Shown here in pieces: positions 38,746 to 49,214 of a DNA stretch of 64,000 nucleotides. The stretch lies in contig CALZID010000004.1 in assembly GCA_945787805.1 (NCBI GenBank), positions 7,712 to 71,711 of the forward strand. Direction: 5' to 3'. Both the position numbers and the translations under genes were made by a program. The notes under the pieces are model-generated. The model searched no databases. It worked only from the letters and a program-made list of their open reading frames with translations, and was not told the origin of the DNA. The stretch is from an uncultured Clostridia bacterium. Its GTDB lineage: Bacteria > Bacillota > Clostridia > Oscillospirales > Acutalibacteraceae. Each line of letters opens with the position of its first letter. The first letter of the stretch is position 1.

Positions 38746-39957
38746 TTATTGATTGCAATAAATTTGCAGTACCTTTTTCGGAATATGCTCTTTAACAAAA
38801 TCGCTGTTTGCCGCAATTGTGCAAGCTTCATTCAAGGTTTGCGGAATCATTTTAAATCGGTTCAGTGTTTTTTCATCAGCATGGAACAGGTTTATATCTG
38901 CCGGCGGCATAAGCTCGGTTTTGTTCTTCAGCCCTTCAAGAGCGGCATATATAACCAGTGCAAAAGCAATATAAGGATTAGCCGACGGGTCGGGTGAACG
39001 AAGCTCCGCACGCATTGCCGATTCGGGAGAAGCGGGAACACGAACAAGCTGAGAACGGTTTTCTCTTGACCAAGAAACAAAAGCGGGAGCCTTATTTTCA
39101 CCGAAACGGTCATAAGAATTCTCGGTGGGGTTAAGAAATGCAGTTATTTCGCAAATTCTGTTCAGTACACCCGCAATCATATAATGCATATTCTCAATAC
39201 TGTTTTCAGGAGATACCGAAACATTAATATGAAATCCGTTGCCGGGTTTATGCTCTAAAGGTTTGGGTGAAAAATCCACAAAAAGTCCGTTTCTGCGTGC
39301 TACTGTTTTAACAACAGTCTGGAAAGTCAATGTATTATCTGCGGCAGATAACGGATTGGAATAGCGAAAATCAATCTCGTTTTGCCCCGGTCCTTCTTCA
39401 TGGTGGGACGATTCGGGTTTAATGCCCATTTGTTCAAGAGTTAAACAGATTTCACGGCGGATATTCTCGCCCCTGTCATCGGGCGCCAAATCCATATAAC
39501 CTGCCTCATCATAAGGAATTTTTGTAGGTTTGCCGTTTTCGTCAAGCAAGAATAAATAGAATTCTTGTTCTGCGCCGAAAGAAAACGAATATCCGTCTTT
39601 TTTTGCGTCTTCAATAGCCTTTTTGAGAATGCCCCTTGTGTCACACTCAAAAGGCGTTCCGTCAGGATAAGTTATATATGTAAACATACGCACAACCTTA
39701 CCGTGTTCAGGTCTCCAAGGGAGCAACATAAGTGTTTCGGGGTCGGGATGCAAAAGTAAATCTGAACGGCTTTCATCACCAAAGCCCGTGATGGCGGACG
39801 CATCAAATGCTATGCCATATTCAAAAGCTCGAGCAAGCTCCGACGGCATAATTGCAATATTCTTTTGTTTGCCGAACACATCGCAGAAAGCAAGACGGAT
39901 GAACTTCACATCTTCTTCTTCTACAAACTGCATAACCTCTTCCTTTGAATACTTCAT
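38746..39957 (-). CDS. glnA: glutamine synthetase, type I-like (403 aa)
   Basis: GS beta-grasp N-domain and catalytic motifs FGAEQEFYLF, NGFHINVS and SWSRENRSQLVRVP. Confidence 0.9.
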   Translation of the reverse strand: MKYSKEEVMQFVEEEDVKFIRLAFCDVFGKQKNIAIMPSELARAFEYGIAFDASAITGFGDESRSDLLLHPDPETLMLLPWRPEHGKVVRMFTYITYPDGTPFECDTRGILKKAIEDAKKDGYSFSFGAEQEFYLFLLDENGKPTKIPYDEAGYMDLAPDDRGENIRREICLTLEQMGIKPESSHHEEGPGQNEIDFRYSNPLSAADNTLTFQTVVKTVARRNGLFVDFSPKPLEHKPGNGFHINVSVSPENSIENMHYMIAGVLNRICEITAFLNPTENSYDRFGENKAPAFVSWSRENRSQLVRVPASPESAMRAELRSPDPSANPYIAFALVIYAALEGLKNKTELMPPADINLFHADEKTLNRFKMIPQTLNEACTIAANSDFVKEHIPKKVLQIYCNQ

Positions 39958-39975
39958 AAGCGATACCTCTTTCTT

Positions 39976-40692
39976 TTAATTCGCCACATACATCTGCTTA
40001 TACGGATTATTGCTGTCGGGTGTTGCCACCGTAAATGGCGCATTTAGTATTTCATCTTTATTATAGCCGAATATTTCTGCATACTCAACTATTTGTTTTT
40101 CTATATATTTCATATCTTCTTGCGTGGCAAGTTTTAAGCACACATTTTTCGGAAAAACACTTTTGGGCGGTTCGCCGCGAAAATACACCTTACCGCCGTG
40201 CATTCCCGTACAGGGAAAATTGCTGACAAGTTTACCGTTTGTATTAAGTCCCAAAACGACAATAACGCCCCCTGCCTGATATTCACCTAAGAAACTGCCT
40301 GCAGAACCGCCGATAATCATAATCGGAACCTTGTCTTGATATTCTTTCATGTGTATTCCCGCTCTGTAACCCGCATTGCCTTTTATATAGATTTTACCGC
40401 CACGCATGGCGTATCCTGCGGCATCACCTATATCTCCGTGAATAATAATTTTACCGTCGTTCATAGTGTCCCCCACCGCATCTTGGGCGTTACCGTTTAC
40501 GGTAATAGAAGCACCGTTAAGGTATGCACCGAGAGCATTGCCGGGGATTCCGTCAATGGCGATATTTTTATCTTTCATACCGGAAGCAATAAAGCGTTGA
40601 CCTAAACAGCCTTGCAGAATGACTTTGTTGTCACTCTCACGCAATTTTTGGTTAATTTCATTAAATTCAAGACCCGTTACATCTATCATCAT
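39976..40692 (-). CDS. glutamate synthase, GXGXG (GltB C-terminal beta-helix) domain protein
   Basis: 238 aa with repeated G-x-G motifs (GCLGQRFIASG, GNALGAYLNG, GDAAGYAMRGG, GSAGSFLGEY). Confidence 0.85.
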   Translation of the reverse strand: MMIDVTGLEFNEINQKLRESDNKVILQGCLGQRFIASGMKDKNIAIDGIPGNALGAYLNGASITVNGNAQDAVGDTMNDGKIIIHGDIGDAAGYAMRGGKIYIKGNAGYRAGIHMKEYQDKVPIMIIGGSAGSFLGEYQAGGVIVVLGLNTNGKLVSNFPCTGMHGGKVYFRGEPPKSVFPKNVCLKLATQEDMKYIEKQIVEYAEIFGYNKDEILNAPFTVATPDSNNPYKQMYVAN

Positions 40693-40760
40693 AATATTTT
40701 ATCACACCTTAAATCATATTTCTATATAAATTTTAGGATAAAGTCTTAAAAAATATATTC

Positions 40761-42263
40761 TTATTCCCCTGCATGTGAAATACCGAGTATTTCAAGTTCT
40801 TTTTCGGTAAGTCCTATTCCCCGAAGCATTAAGCGGTTGCCACGGAGCACTTCGACGGAGTTAATGCCCATACCGCCCATTAGCTCTTTGATTTCATGCC
40901 GCCATGCCACCATTAAATTGACGAGATGTTCTTTACCGATTTCGGGGTTAAGTCGTTTCACAAGCTCTTCTCTCTGTGTGGCAATACCCCAATTGCATTT
41001 GCCTGTTTGACAGGTGCGGCAGAGATGACAGCCGAGAGCTAACAGTGCTGCCGTTGCAACATAGCAAGCGTCCGCACCCAAAGCAACCGCCTTGACAACA
41101 TCGGAAGCCGAACGGATACTGCCGCCCACTACCAAGGACACATTATTTCGTATTCCTTCGTCTCTCAGTCTTTTATCAACCGCCGCCAAGGCAAGCTCAA
41201 CGGGGATTCCCACATTGTCACGAATTCTTGTAGGTGCGGCACCCGTACCGCCGCGGAAACCGTCAATAGCGATAATATCTGCACCGCTTCGGGCTATTCC
41301 GCTGGCAATTGCGGCTATATTATGAACTGCCGCAACCTTGACAATTATGGGCTTTTTGTATTCGGTTGCTTCCTTTAAGGAATAAACCAACTGTCTTAAA
41401 TCTTCAATAGAGTAAATATCGTGATGCGGTGCAGGTGAAATAGCGTCACTGCCTTCGGGAATCATACGGGTACGGGAAACATCGCCAACTATTTTAGTTC
41501 CCGGCAGATGTCCGCCGATGCCGGGCTTTGCCCCCTGCCCCATTTTAATTTCAACAGCGGCGCCCGCTTTCAAATAGCCTTCATGAACGCCGAAACGACC
41601 TGAAGCCACTTGAACAATAGTATTTTCACCGTAGACATAAAAATCTTCGTGAAGTCCGCCTTCACCTGTATTATAGTAAATTCCCAGTTCTTCTGCGGCA
41701 GTGGCAAGGGATTTATGGGCATTATAACTGATAGAGCCATAGCTCATGGCAGAGAACATAACCGGCATTGAAAGTTCAAGTTGAGGCGGCAATTTGAATT
41801 TAATATTACCCTTTTCGTCACGCTCGATTCGGCTTGGCTTTTTGCCGAGAAAAACCTTAGTCTCCATTGGCTCACGCAACGGGTCAATGGAGGGATTTGT
41901 CACCTGAGAAGCATTTATGAGAATTTTATCCCAATACACAGGAAAGGGCTTGGGATTGCCCATTGACGATAACAGCACACCGCCGGAATGAGCCTGTTTA
42001 TAAATCTCTTTAATTGTATCGTCCTGCCAGTTGGCATTTTCTCTGAATGTGCAGTCACTTTTTACTATTTTCAGCGCTCTTGTCGGGCAAAGACTCACAC
42101 AACGCTGACAGTTTACGCATTTGGTTTCGTCGGAAAGCATAAGTCCAGATTCACTGTCAATGGTATGCACTTCATTTGCACACTGTCTTTCACAAACACG
42201 GCAAGCAATACATCTGTTTTCATTTCTCACTACTTCAAATTCGGGATAAAACAGTAAAGCCAT
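40761..42263 (-). CDS. glutamate synthase FMN/Fe-S catalytic subunit with N-terminal 2x[4Fe-4S] ferredoxin domain (archaeal-type)
   Basis: CIACRVCERQC and CVNCQRCVSLCP clusters are followed by the GltS FMN-binding barrel (GEGG, KMGQGAKPGIGGHLPG, GGTGAAP). Confidence 0.9.
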   Translation of the reverse strand: MALLFYPEFEVVRNENRCIACRVCERQCANEVHTIDSESGLMLSDETKCVNCQRCVSLCPTRALKIVKSDCTFRENANWQDDTIKEIYKQAHSGGVLLSSMGNPKPFPVYWDKILINASQVTNPSIDPLREPMETKVFLGKKPSRIERDEKGNIKFKLPPQLELSMPVMFSAMSYGSISYNAHKSLATAAEELGIYYNTGEGGLHEDFYVYGENTIVQVASGRFGVHEGYLKAGAAVEIKMGQGAKPGIGGHLPGTKIVGDVSRTRMIPEGSDAISPAPHHDIYSIEDLRQLVYSLKEATEYKKPIIVKVAAVHNIAAIASGIARSGADIIAIDGFRGGTGAAPTRIRDNVGIPVELALAAVDKRLRDEGIRNNVSLVVGGSIRSASDVVKAVALGADACYVATAALLALGCHLCRTCQTGKCNWGIATQREELVKRLNPEIGKEHLVNLMVAWRHEIKELMGGMGINSVEVLRGNRLMLRGIGLTEKELEILGISHAGE

Positions 42264-43372
42264 TAAAACGCACCTTCTTTTACTTTAATAATTACAGGTT
42301 CGCCGCCTGCCGGAGCATACATATTTTCAGCATTTGGCTCCATAACACGAATTGCGGCTTCTTCACTTGCAATAAACACCTTATCGTCTTTTTCGCCCAC
42401 AACCATCGAGCGAAGTTTTAACCGGTCGTTAAGCGCCATAAGTCCGCCGTTAAATCCGAAAACAATAGAAAAGGGACCGGTAATCAGCAGACTCGGGAAT
42501 ACGGTACGCAAATACTCGTGTTTTTGCTTATCGTAAAGGTCAGTCTTACTGTCAATTGTGCTCCAGAAAGGTGCCGCAATAACACTTGCAACTTCATTTA
42601 AAGTCAGTTTTTGCACACGGAGAAGATAATCCATAATGTAAGTTATAACTTCGGTGTCGGTTTGAAGCGTGCATTTATACCCGAACATTTCAATAAAACG
42701 ACGGTTAGCGTCATAGGACGATATTTCGCCGTTATGAACAATTGAATAATCAAGAAGCGTAAACGGGTGCGCTCCGCCCCACCAACCCGGTGTATTAGTC
42801 GGATATCTGCCGTGAGCAGTCCAGGAATAGCCTTCGTATTCATCTAATTTATAAAACACGCCTACATCTTCGGGAAAGCCCACCGCCTTAAATGCGCCCA
42901 TATTTTTGCCGCTTGAAAATACGAATGAGCCCGACATTTCACAGTTGATTTTCATAACCGTGCGAGCTACATACTCCTTTTCATCAAGCTGTAAATTATG
43001 AAGGTTTGACTGCAAGGGAGCGACAAAATAACGCCAAATAACAGGTTCATCCGTAATGGCGGGAATTTTTCTCGTGGGCATTATTTCGCTTTTAACTATT
43101 TCAAAGCGTTCTTTTAAGAAAGCTTCGCATTCCTTTCGTGCGGCTCTGTCATTGAAAAACATATGTAAAGCATAGAAATCTTTATATTCGGGATAAATTC
43201 CGTATGCCGCAAAACCGCCGCCGAGTCCGTTTGAACGGTCATGCATAGGCTTCATAGACTCCACTATCTTTTCACCGGTCATTCGGTTTCCGTCTTTTGA
43301 TATCACAGCGGCAATGGCGCAGCCTGACGGAATTCTCACCTTTCCTTCAATATTATTCATAAAGATTTGCAT
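42263..43372 (-). CDS. glutamate synthase class-II glutamine amidotransferase subunit (archaeal-type)
   Basis: Ntn-type GATase fold with the candidate nucleophile in IPSGCAIAAV. The stop overlaps the next gene's start (TAATG). The start may instead be the ATG at 43360. Confidence 0.85.
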   Translation of the reverse strand: MQIFMNNIEGKVRIPSGCAIAAVISKDGNRMTGEKIVESMKPMHDRSNGLGGGFAAYGIYPEYKDFYALHMFFNDRAARKECEAFLKERFEIVKSEIMPTRKIPAITDEPVIWRYFVAPLQSNLHNLQLDEKEYVARTVMKINCEMSGSFVFSSGKNMGAFKAVGFPEDVGVFYKLDEYEGYSWTAHGRYPTNTPGWWGGAHPFTLLDYSIVHNGEISSYDANRRFIEMFGYKCTLQTDTEVITYIMDYLLRVQKLTLNEVASVIAAPFWSTIDSKTDLYDKQKHEYLRTVFPSLLITGPFSIVFGFNGGLMALNDRLKLRSMVVGEKDDKVFIASEEAAIRVMEPNAENMYAPAGGEPVIIKVKEGAF

Positions 43373-43391
43373 CCTTTCTTATGTAAAATTA

Positions 43392-43443
43392 AAAGGCGCT
43401 CATTTCGGTACGGAAAGCTTTCCATACTGAAATGAACGCCTTT
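43392..43443 (-). promoter_or_regulatory. leader hairpin/attenuator of the GOGAT-glnA-ANTAR operon
   Basis: The minus strand reads AAAGGCGUUCAUUUCAGUAUGGAAAG/CUUUCCGUACCGAAAUGAGCGCCUUU, a 26-position stem with 1 mismatch and 2 G-U pairs, then UAAUUUU. Its 5' end, GCAAAGGCGU, matches the motif seen in the other nitrogen leaders. Confidence 0.6.
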
Positions 43444-43457
43444 GCTCATTATGGCAT

Positions 43458-43486
43458 ATAATACACCAAAAGATTTTTCGTGTCAA
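43458..43486 (-). promoter_or_regulatory. sigma-A type promoter of the GOGAT-glnA operon
   Basis: TTGACA-17 nt-TATTAT on the minus strand. Confidence 0.65.
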
Positions 43487-43537
43487 TCCGCAAATTAAAT
43501 ATTTGAATATTTTTTTGAAAAAATTTTAAAAAACGGG

Positions 43538-43566
43538 TTGACAAACTTTTTTTGTAGGTGTACAAT
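43538..43566 (+). promoter_or_regulatory. sigma-A type promoter of gdhA
   Basis: TTGACA-17 nt-TACAAT. Confidence 0.7.
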
Positions 43567-43575
43567 GCAATGCAT

Positions 43576-43631
43576 AAAAGGCAAAGGCGTCTTTAAGCGG
43601 TGAATAAGCTCACCCTTAAAGGCGCTTTTTT
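43576..43631 (+). promoter_or_regulatory. gdhA leader: conserved motif plus intrinsic terminator
   Basis: AAAAGGCAAAGGCGUCUUU lies at 43576-43594. The terminator is GCGUCUUUAAG...CUUAAAGGCGC plus UUUUUU, with an inner GGUGA-AUAAGC-UCACC hairpin. An alternative small hairpin, AAAGGC[AAAGGC]GUCUUU, would sequester the terminator's 5' arm. Confidence 0.6.
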
Positions 43632-43641
43632 GTTGTTATAG

Positions 43642-44988
<1,347 letters not shown>

Positions 44989-45015
44989 GTTGTAATATTT
45001 AAAAATATAAATAAT

Positions 45016-45072
45016 AAAAGGCAAGGGCGTCTTTAATTTCTTCGGAAGTTAAAGACGCCCTGACTATTTTTG
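45016..45072 (+). promoter_or_regulatory. gdhA terminator doubling as glnN leader, carrying the conserved motif
   Basis: AAAAGGCAAGGGCGUCUUU lies at 45016-45034. A 16-bp hairpin, GGGCGUCUUUAAUUUC-UUCG-GAAGUUAAAGACGCCC, is followed by UGACUAUUUUU. No separate promoter is visible before glnN. Confidence 0.6.
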
Positions 45073-45091
45073 AAAGGATAGGTACATTATT

Positions 45092-47188
45092 ATGAGCACA
45101 GTTACAAATGTTTTTGGAAGCAAGGTTTTTGACGACCGCGTTATGAAGGCAAAATTGCCCGCAAAAATTTATAATTCCCTGAAAAAAACAATCGACGAAG
45201 GCGTCGATTTAGACATTGGGGTGGCAAATGCCGTTGCCGCCGCTATGAAAGATTGGGCAGTGGAAAACGGTGCGACACATTATACACACTGGTTTCAGCC
45301 GCTGACAGGCATTACCGCCGAAAAACACGACAGCTTTATTTCACCCTCCCCCGACGGCGGTGTGATTATGGAATTTTCGGGCAAGGAGTTAATCAAGGGC
45401 GAGCCCGATGCTTCTTCTTTCCCGTCCGGCGGTATCAGAGCTACCTTTGAAGCTCGCGGATACACCGCTTGGGACCCGACATCCTATGCGTTCATTAAAG
45501 GAAAAACCCTTTGTATTCCAACTGCATTCTGTTCTTACGGCGGTGAGGCTCTTGACAAGAAAACTCCCCTTCTTCGTTCTATGGAAGCCCTTAACATTCA
45601 GGCGCTTCGCATATTGCGTTTGTTCGGTAACGATACCGTAAAATGCGTTAAGACATCGGTTGGTCCCGAACAGGAATACTTTCTTATTACAAAGGAAATG
45701 TATGACGCCCGTCCCGATATCCGTTATACAGGCAGAACACTTTTCGGCGCAAAACCGCCAAAAGGTCAAGAAATGGATGACCATTATTTCGGTGTAATTA
45801 AGCCAAAAGTTGCCGAATATATGGAAGACTTGAACGACGAATTGTGGAAGTTGGGAATTCTCGCTAAAACGGAGCACAATGAAGTTGCTCCCGCACAGCA
45901 CGAGTTGGCTCCAATTTATACCACAACCAACATTGCAACCGACCACAACCAACTTACAATGGAGATTATGCAAAAGGTTGCAGCCCGTCACGGACTTGTA
46001 TGTTTGCTCCATGAAAAACCCTTTGCGGGCGTAAACGGAAGCGGCAAGCACAACAACTGGTCAATTTCTACCGACACAGGCGTAAACCTTTTATCTCCCG
46101 GTGAAACACCTTATGAAAATGCACAGTTCCTTTTGTTCCTTTGTGCCGTAATTAAAGCGGTTGACGATTATCAGGATTTGCTTCGTATTTCAGTTGCAAC
46201 TGCCGGTAACGACCACAGACTCGGCGCTAACGAAGCTCCCCCCGCTGTTGTTTCAATGTTTCTCGGCGATGAGCTTCAAGGTATTTTAAATGCTATCGAA
46301 ACAGATACGCCTTATGTTGCCGCAGGCAAAACAAAGATGAAGCTCGGTGTCAGTGTGCTTCCGAAATTCACAAAAGACACAACCGACCGTAACCGTACTT
46401 CTCCCTTTGCATTTACGGGCAACAAGTTTGAGTTCCGTATGCTCGGCTCTTCTAACAGTATTGCTTGTGCAAACATTATGTTGAATGCGGCAGTTGCGGA
46501 ATCTCTCAAAATTTATGCTGACCGACTTGAAGGTGCAGAAGACTTTGAAACTGTTCTTCACGAAATGATTAAGAAAACAATTAAAGACCACAAGAAAATT
46601 ATTTTCAACGGCAACGGATATGATGACAGTTGGATTAAAGAGGCAACCGAAAAGCGCGGGCTTTTAAACTATCGCACTACCGCAGACTGTATGCCGCATT
46701 TGCTTGACAAAAAGAATGTGGAAATGCTTACTTCACATAGAGTATTCTCTGAAAGAGAGCTTCAGTCCCGTGAAGAAATTATGCTTGAAAACTACTGCAA
46801 GACAGTTGTTATCGAAGCAAATACCATGGTGGATATGGCAAAATGTTCTTATGCTCCCGCCATTGCAAAATTTGTAGCTTTTACTGCTGCAAATGCCGCA
46901 ACTAAAAAGGCTCTTGACAGTTCAATTTCCTGTGAATATGAAATGGGTATTGTGAAGCATCTCTCAATGCTTTGTGACAGAATTGCAAAGTCTGCCGATG
47001 AATTGCAAAGTGCAATAATCAAGCTCAGCGACGCAGAGAATATCGACAGTGAGGCTTATATGATTCGTGATACAATTCTTCCTAAAATGGCAGATTTAAG
47101 AGCCTCCGTTGATGAAGCTGAAACAATTACATCTAAGGAATTTTGGCCTTTCCCGTCTTATGCCGATATGTTATTCAGCGTAAGATAA
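45092..47188 (+). CDS. glnN: glutamine synthetase type III
   Basis: 698 aa. The N-terminus [16 protein letters not shown], the overall length and the motifs are typical of GSIII from Bacteroides, Ruminococcus and Butyrivibrio. Confidence 0.92.
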   Translation: MSTVTNVFGSKVFDDRVMKAKLPAKIYNSLKKTIDEGVDLDIGVANAVAAAMKDWAVENGATHYTHWFQPLTGITAEKHDSFISPSPDGGVIMEFSGKELIKGEPDASSFPSGGIRATFEARGYTAWDPTSYAFIKGKTLCIPTAFCSYGGEALDKKTPLLRSMEALNIQALRILRLFGNDTVKCVKTSVGPEQEYFLITKEMYDARPDIRYTGRTLFGAKPPKGQEMDDHYFGVIKPKVAEYMEDLNDELWKLGILAKTEHNEVAPAQHELAPIYTTTNIATDHNQLTMEIMQKVAARHGLVCLLHEKPFAGVNGSGKHNNWSISTDTGVNLLSPGETPYENAQFLLFLCAVIKAVDDYQDLLRISVATAGNDHRLGANEAPPAVVSMFLGDELQGILNAIETDTPYVAAGKTKMKLGVSVLPKFTKDTTDRNRTSPFAFTGNKFEFRMLGSSNSIACANIMLNAAVAESLKIYADRLEGAEDFETVLHEMIKKTIKDHKKIIFNGNGYDDSWIKEATEKRGLLNYRTTADCMPHLLDKKNVEMLTSHRVFSERELQSREEIMLENYCKTVVIEANTMVDMAKCSYAPAIAKFVAFTAANAATKKALDSSISCEYEMGIVKHLSMLCDRIAKSADELQSAIIKLSDAENIDSEAYMIRDTILPKMADLRASVDEAETITSKEFWPFPSYADMLFSVR

Positions 47189-47210
47189 ATAAAATATTTC
47201 TAAAGAAAGC

Positions 47211-48971
47211 GTGATTATAATGAATGATATTATGAGTGTAGTACAGGAAGCAGTAGCAACTGAAGTTTTTGGCGTTTGGTTTCTTATCGGTGCCGCATTA
47301 GTATTCTTTATGCAGGCAGGGTTTGCCATGGTTGAAACAGGTTTTACCCGTGCAAAGAATGCCGGTAATATTATTATGAAAAACCTTATGGACTTCTGTA
47401 TCGGTACAGTAATGTTCGTATTTTTAGGTTTCAGTCTTATGATGGCTGAAGAATATTTATTCGGCGTTATCGGTATTCCGAATCTTGATATCTTCTCCGA
47501 TTTTGGCGGTTTCATTCAAGAAAATGCTTCAAGCTTCGTCTTTAACCTTGTTTTCTGTGCAACAGCGGCAACTATCGTTTCGGGTGCTATGGCAGAAAGA
47601 ACAAAATTTGTTTCTTACTGCATTTATTCAGGTATCATTTCATTGGTTGTTTATCCCATTGAAGCGGGTTGGGTTTGGAACTCAAAGGGCTGGCTTGCAC
47701 AACTGGGATTTCACGATTTTGCAGGCTCAGCCGCAATACACGCAGTCGGTGGTATAACGGCTCTTATAGGCGCAATTATGGTAGGTCCGAGACTCGGTAA
47801 ATATATAAAGGACAAATCGGGCAAAGTAACAAAAGTTAATGCTATTCCCGGACATTCTATTACTCTCGGTGCGTTGGGATGCTTTATTCTTTGGTTTGGT
47901 TGGTACGGATTTAACGGTGCAGCCGCTTGGGACAAAACTTCATTGGCTTCAATCTTTCTTACCACTACTATTGCACCGGCAGTTGCAACTTGTGTAACAA
48001 TGGTATTCACTTGGGCTAAAAACGGAAAACCCGATGTTTCAATGTGTCTTAACGCAGCCTTGGCAGGTCTTGTAGGTATTACAGCCGGTTGTGACGCCCT
48101 TGACGCACTCGGCTCTATAATCGTCGGTGTGGTTTGCGGTGTGCTTGTAGTTGCAATAGTTGAATTGCTTGACTTGAAATTACACATTGACGACCCGGTC
48201 GGTGCGGTTGGTGTTCACCTTGCAAACGGTATCTGGGGTACTCTTGCTGTCGGACTTTTGGCAAATCCAAATGCCCCCGCAGGACTTGACGGTTTATTCT
48301 ATACCGGCAGCTTCAGGCTTTTCGGTGTTCAGTTTCTCGGTATTACGGCAATTCTTGCATGGACGGCCGTAACAATGTCACTCACTTTCTTTGTATTAAA
48401 GAAAACTATCGGTCTTCGTGTTGACAGAGAAGAAGAAATCAAGGGACTTGACAGTACAGAACACGGCTTGCCGTCCGCCTATGCCGATTTCTTACCCGCA
48501 GTTGAAAGTCTTGATTACGGTGTGTATGAAGATGCAGTTGCGGTTACAGGTGAAATTCCCGTGGCAGAAGCGGTTGAAGTTAAGAAAATGCCGACTTTCC
48601 GTGAAGAAGGCGCTCACAAATTCACAAAGGTTGAAATTGTTTGTAAAGAAGCCCGTCTTGAAGCACTTAAAACCGCAATGCTGCAGCTTGGTATCACAGG
48701 TATGACGGTATCGCATGTTCTCGGCTGCGGTGTACAAAAAGGTAAACCCGAATACTATCGCGGTGTTCAGGTTGAACCCACACTTTTGCCAAAGGTACAG
48801 GTTGATATTGTAGTCAGCAAGGTGCCTGTTCGCAGTGTTATCGAAGCGGCTAAAAAGGTACTTTATACAGGTCACATCGGTGACGGAAAAATTTTCGTTT
48901 ATGATGTTGAAAATGTTGTAAAGGTTCGCACCGGTGAAGAGGGCTATGACGCTCTTCAGGATGAAGAATAA
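47211..48971 (+). CDS. amtB: ammonium transporter (Amt) fused to a C-terminal PII (GlnK/GlnB) domain
   Basis: The N-terminal ~410 aa form an Amt channel (FMQAGFAMVETG, HAVGGITALIGA, GLDSTEHG). A ~45-aa linker follows. The PII domain is KVEIVCKEARLEALKTAMLQLGITGMTVSHVLGCGVQKGKPEYYRGVQV...TGHIGDGKIFVYDV. This is a single uninterrupted frame. The start may be GTG at 47211 or ATG at 47220. Confidence 0.9.
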   Translation: MIIMNDIMSVVQEAVATEVFGVWFLIGAALVFFMQAGFAMVETGFTRAKNAGNIIMKNLMDFCIGTVMFVFLGFSLMMAEEYLFGVIGIPNLDIFSDFGGFIQENASSFVFNLVFCATAATIVSGAMAERTKFVSYCIYSGIISLVVYPIEAGWVWNSKGWLAQLGFHDFAGSAAIHAVGGITALIGAIMVGPRLGKYIKDKSGKVTKVNAIPGHSITLGALGCFILWFGWYGFNGAAAWDKTSLASIFLTTTIAPAVATCVTMVFTWAKNGKPDVSMCLNAALAGLVGITAGCDALDALGSIIVGVVCGVLVVAIVELLDLKLHIDDPVGAVGVHLANGIWGTLAVGLLANPNAPAGLDGLFYTGSFRLFGVQFLGITAILAWTAVTMSLTFFVLKKTIGLRVDREEEIKGLDSTEHGLPSAYADFLPAVESLDYGVYEDAVAVTGEIPVAEAVEVKKMPTFREEGAHKFTKVEIVCKEARLEALKTAMLQLGITGMTVSHVLGCGVQKGKPEYYRGVQVEPTLLPKVQVDIVVSKVPVRSVIEAAKKVLYTGHIGDGKIFVYDVENVVKVRTGEEGYDALQDEE

Positions 48972-48995
48972 TTTATAGATTAGGGGTTTACGATT

Positions 48996-49148
48996 ATGAA
49001 TGAAGAAAATTCAAATAATTTAAAGGAACAAGCCTCAGAGTTTCAAATAAGTGATTATTATAAAAATGAACTTTATAAAAAGGCTTGGCTTGAAAATGAT
49101 ACGGGTATTTCCAACGAGTTTTGTCAAAATACCACTACTTGGGATTAA
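48996..49148 (+). CDS. 50-aa small ORF (hypothetical)
   Basis: AGGGG lies 8 nt before ATG at 48996. Translation is MNEENSNNLKEQASEFQISDYYKNELYKKAWLENDTGISNEFCQNTTTWD. It is followed by a 12-bp hairpin at 49157-49191. No homolog recognised. Confidence 0.3.
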   Translation: MNEENSNNLKEQASEFQISDYYKNELYKKAWLENDTGISNEFCQNTTTWD

Positions 49149-49214
49149 ATAATAAGCTGTACAGAGGCTGTGTAATACGGCTTCTGTACAGTCATACATA
49201 AAGGAGAATATATT

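Noticed and set aside
43392-43443. Possible glutamine (glnA-type) riboswitch in the GOGAT-glnA leader, suggested by a CGUUCA-like string.
   Set aside because: The element is a simple, nearly perfect 26-bp hairpin. It has no three-way junction, E-loop or pseudoknot features. As far as I know that riboswitch class is restricted to cyanobacteria and marine lineages.
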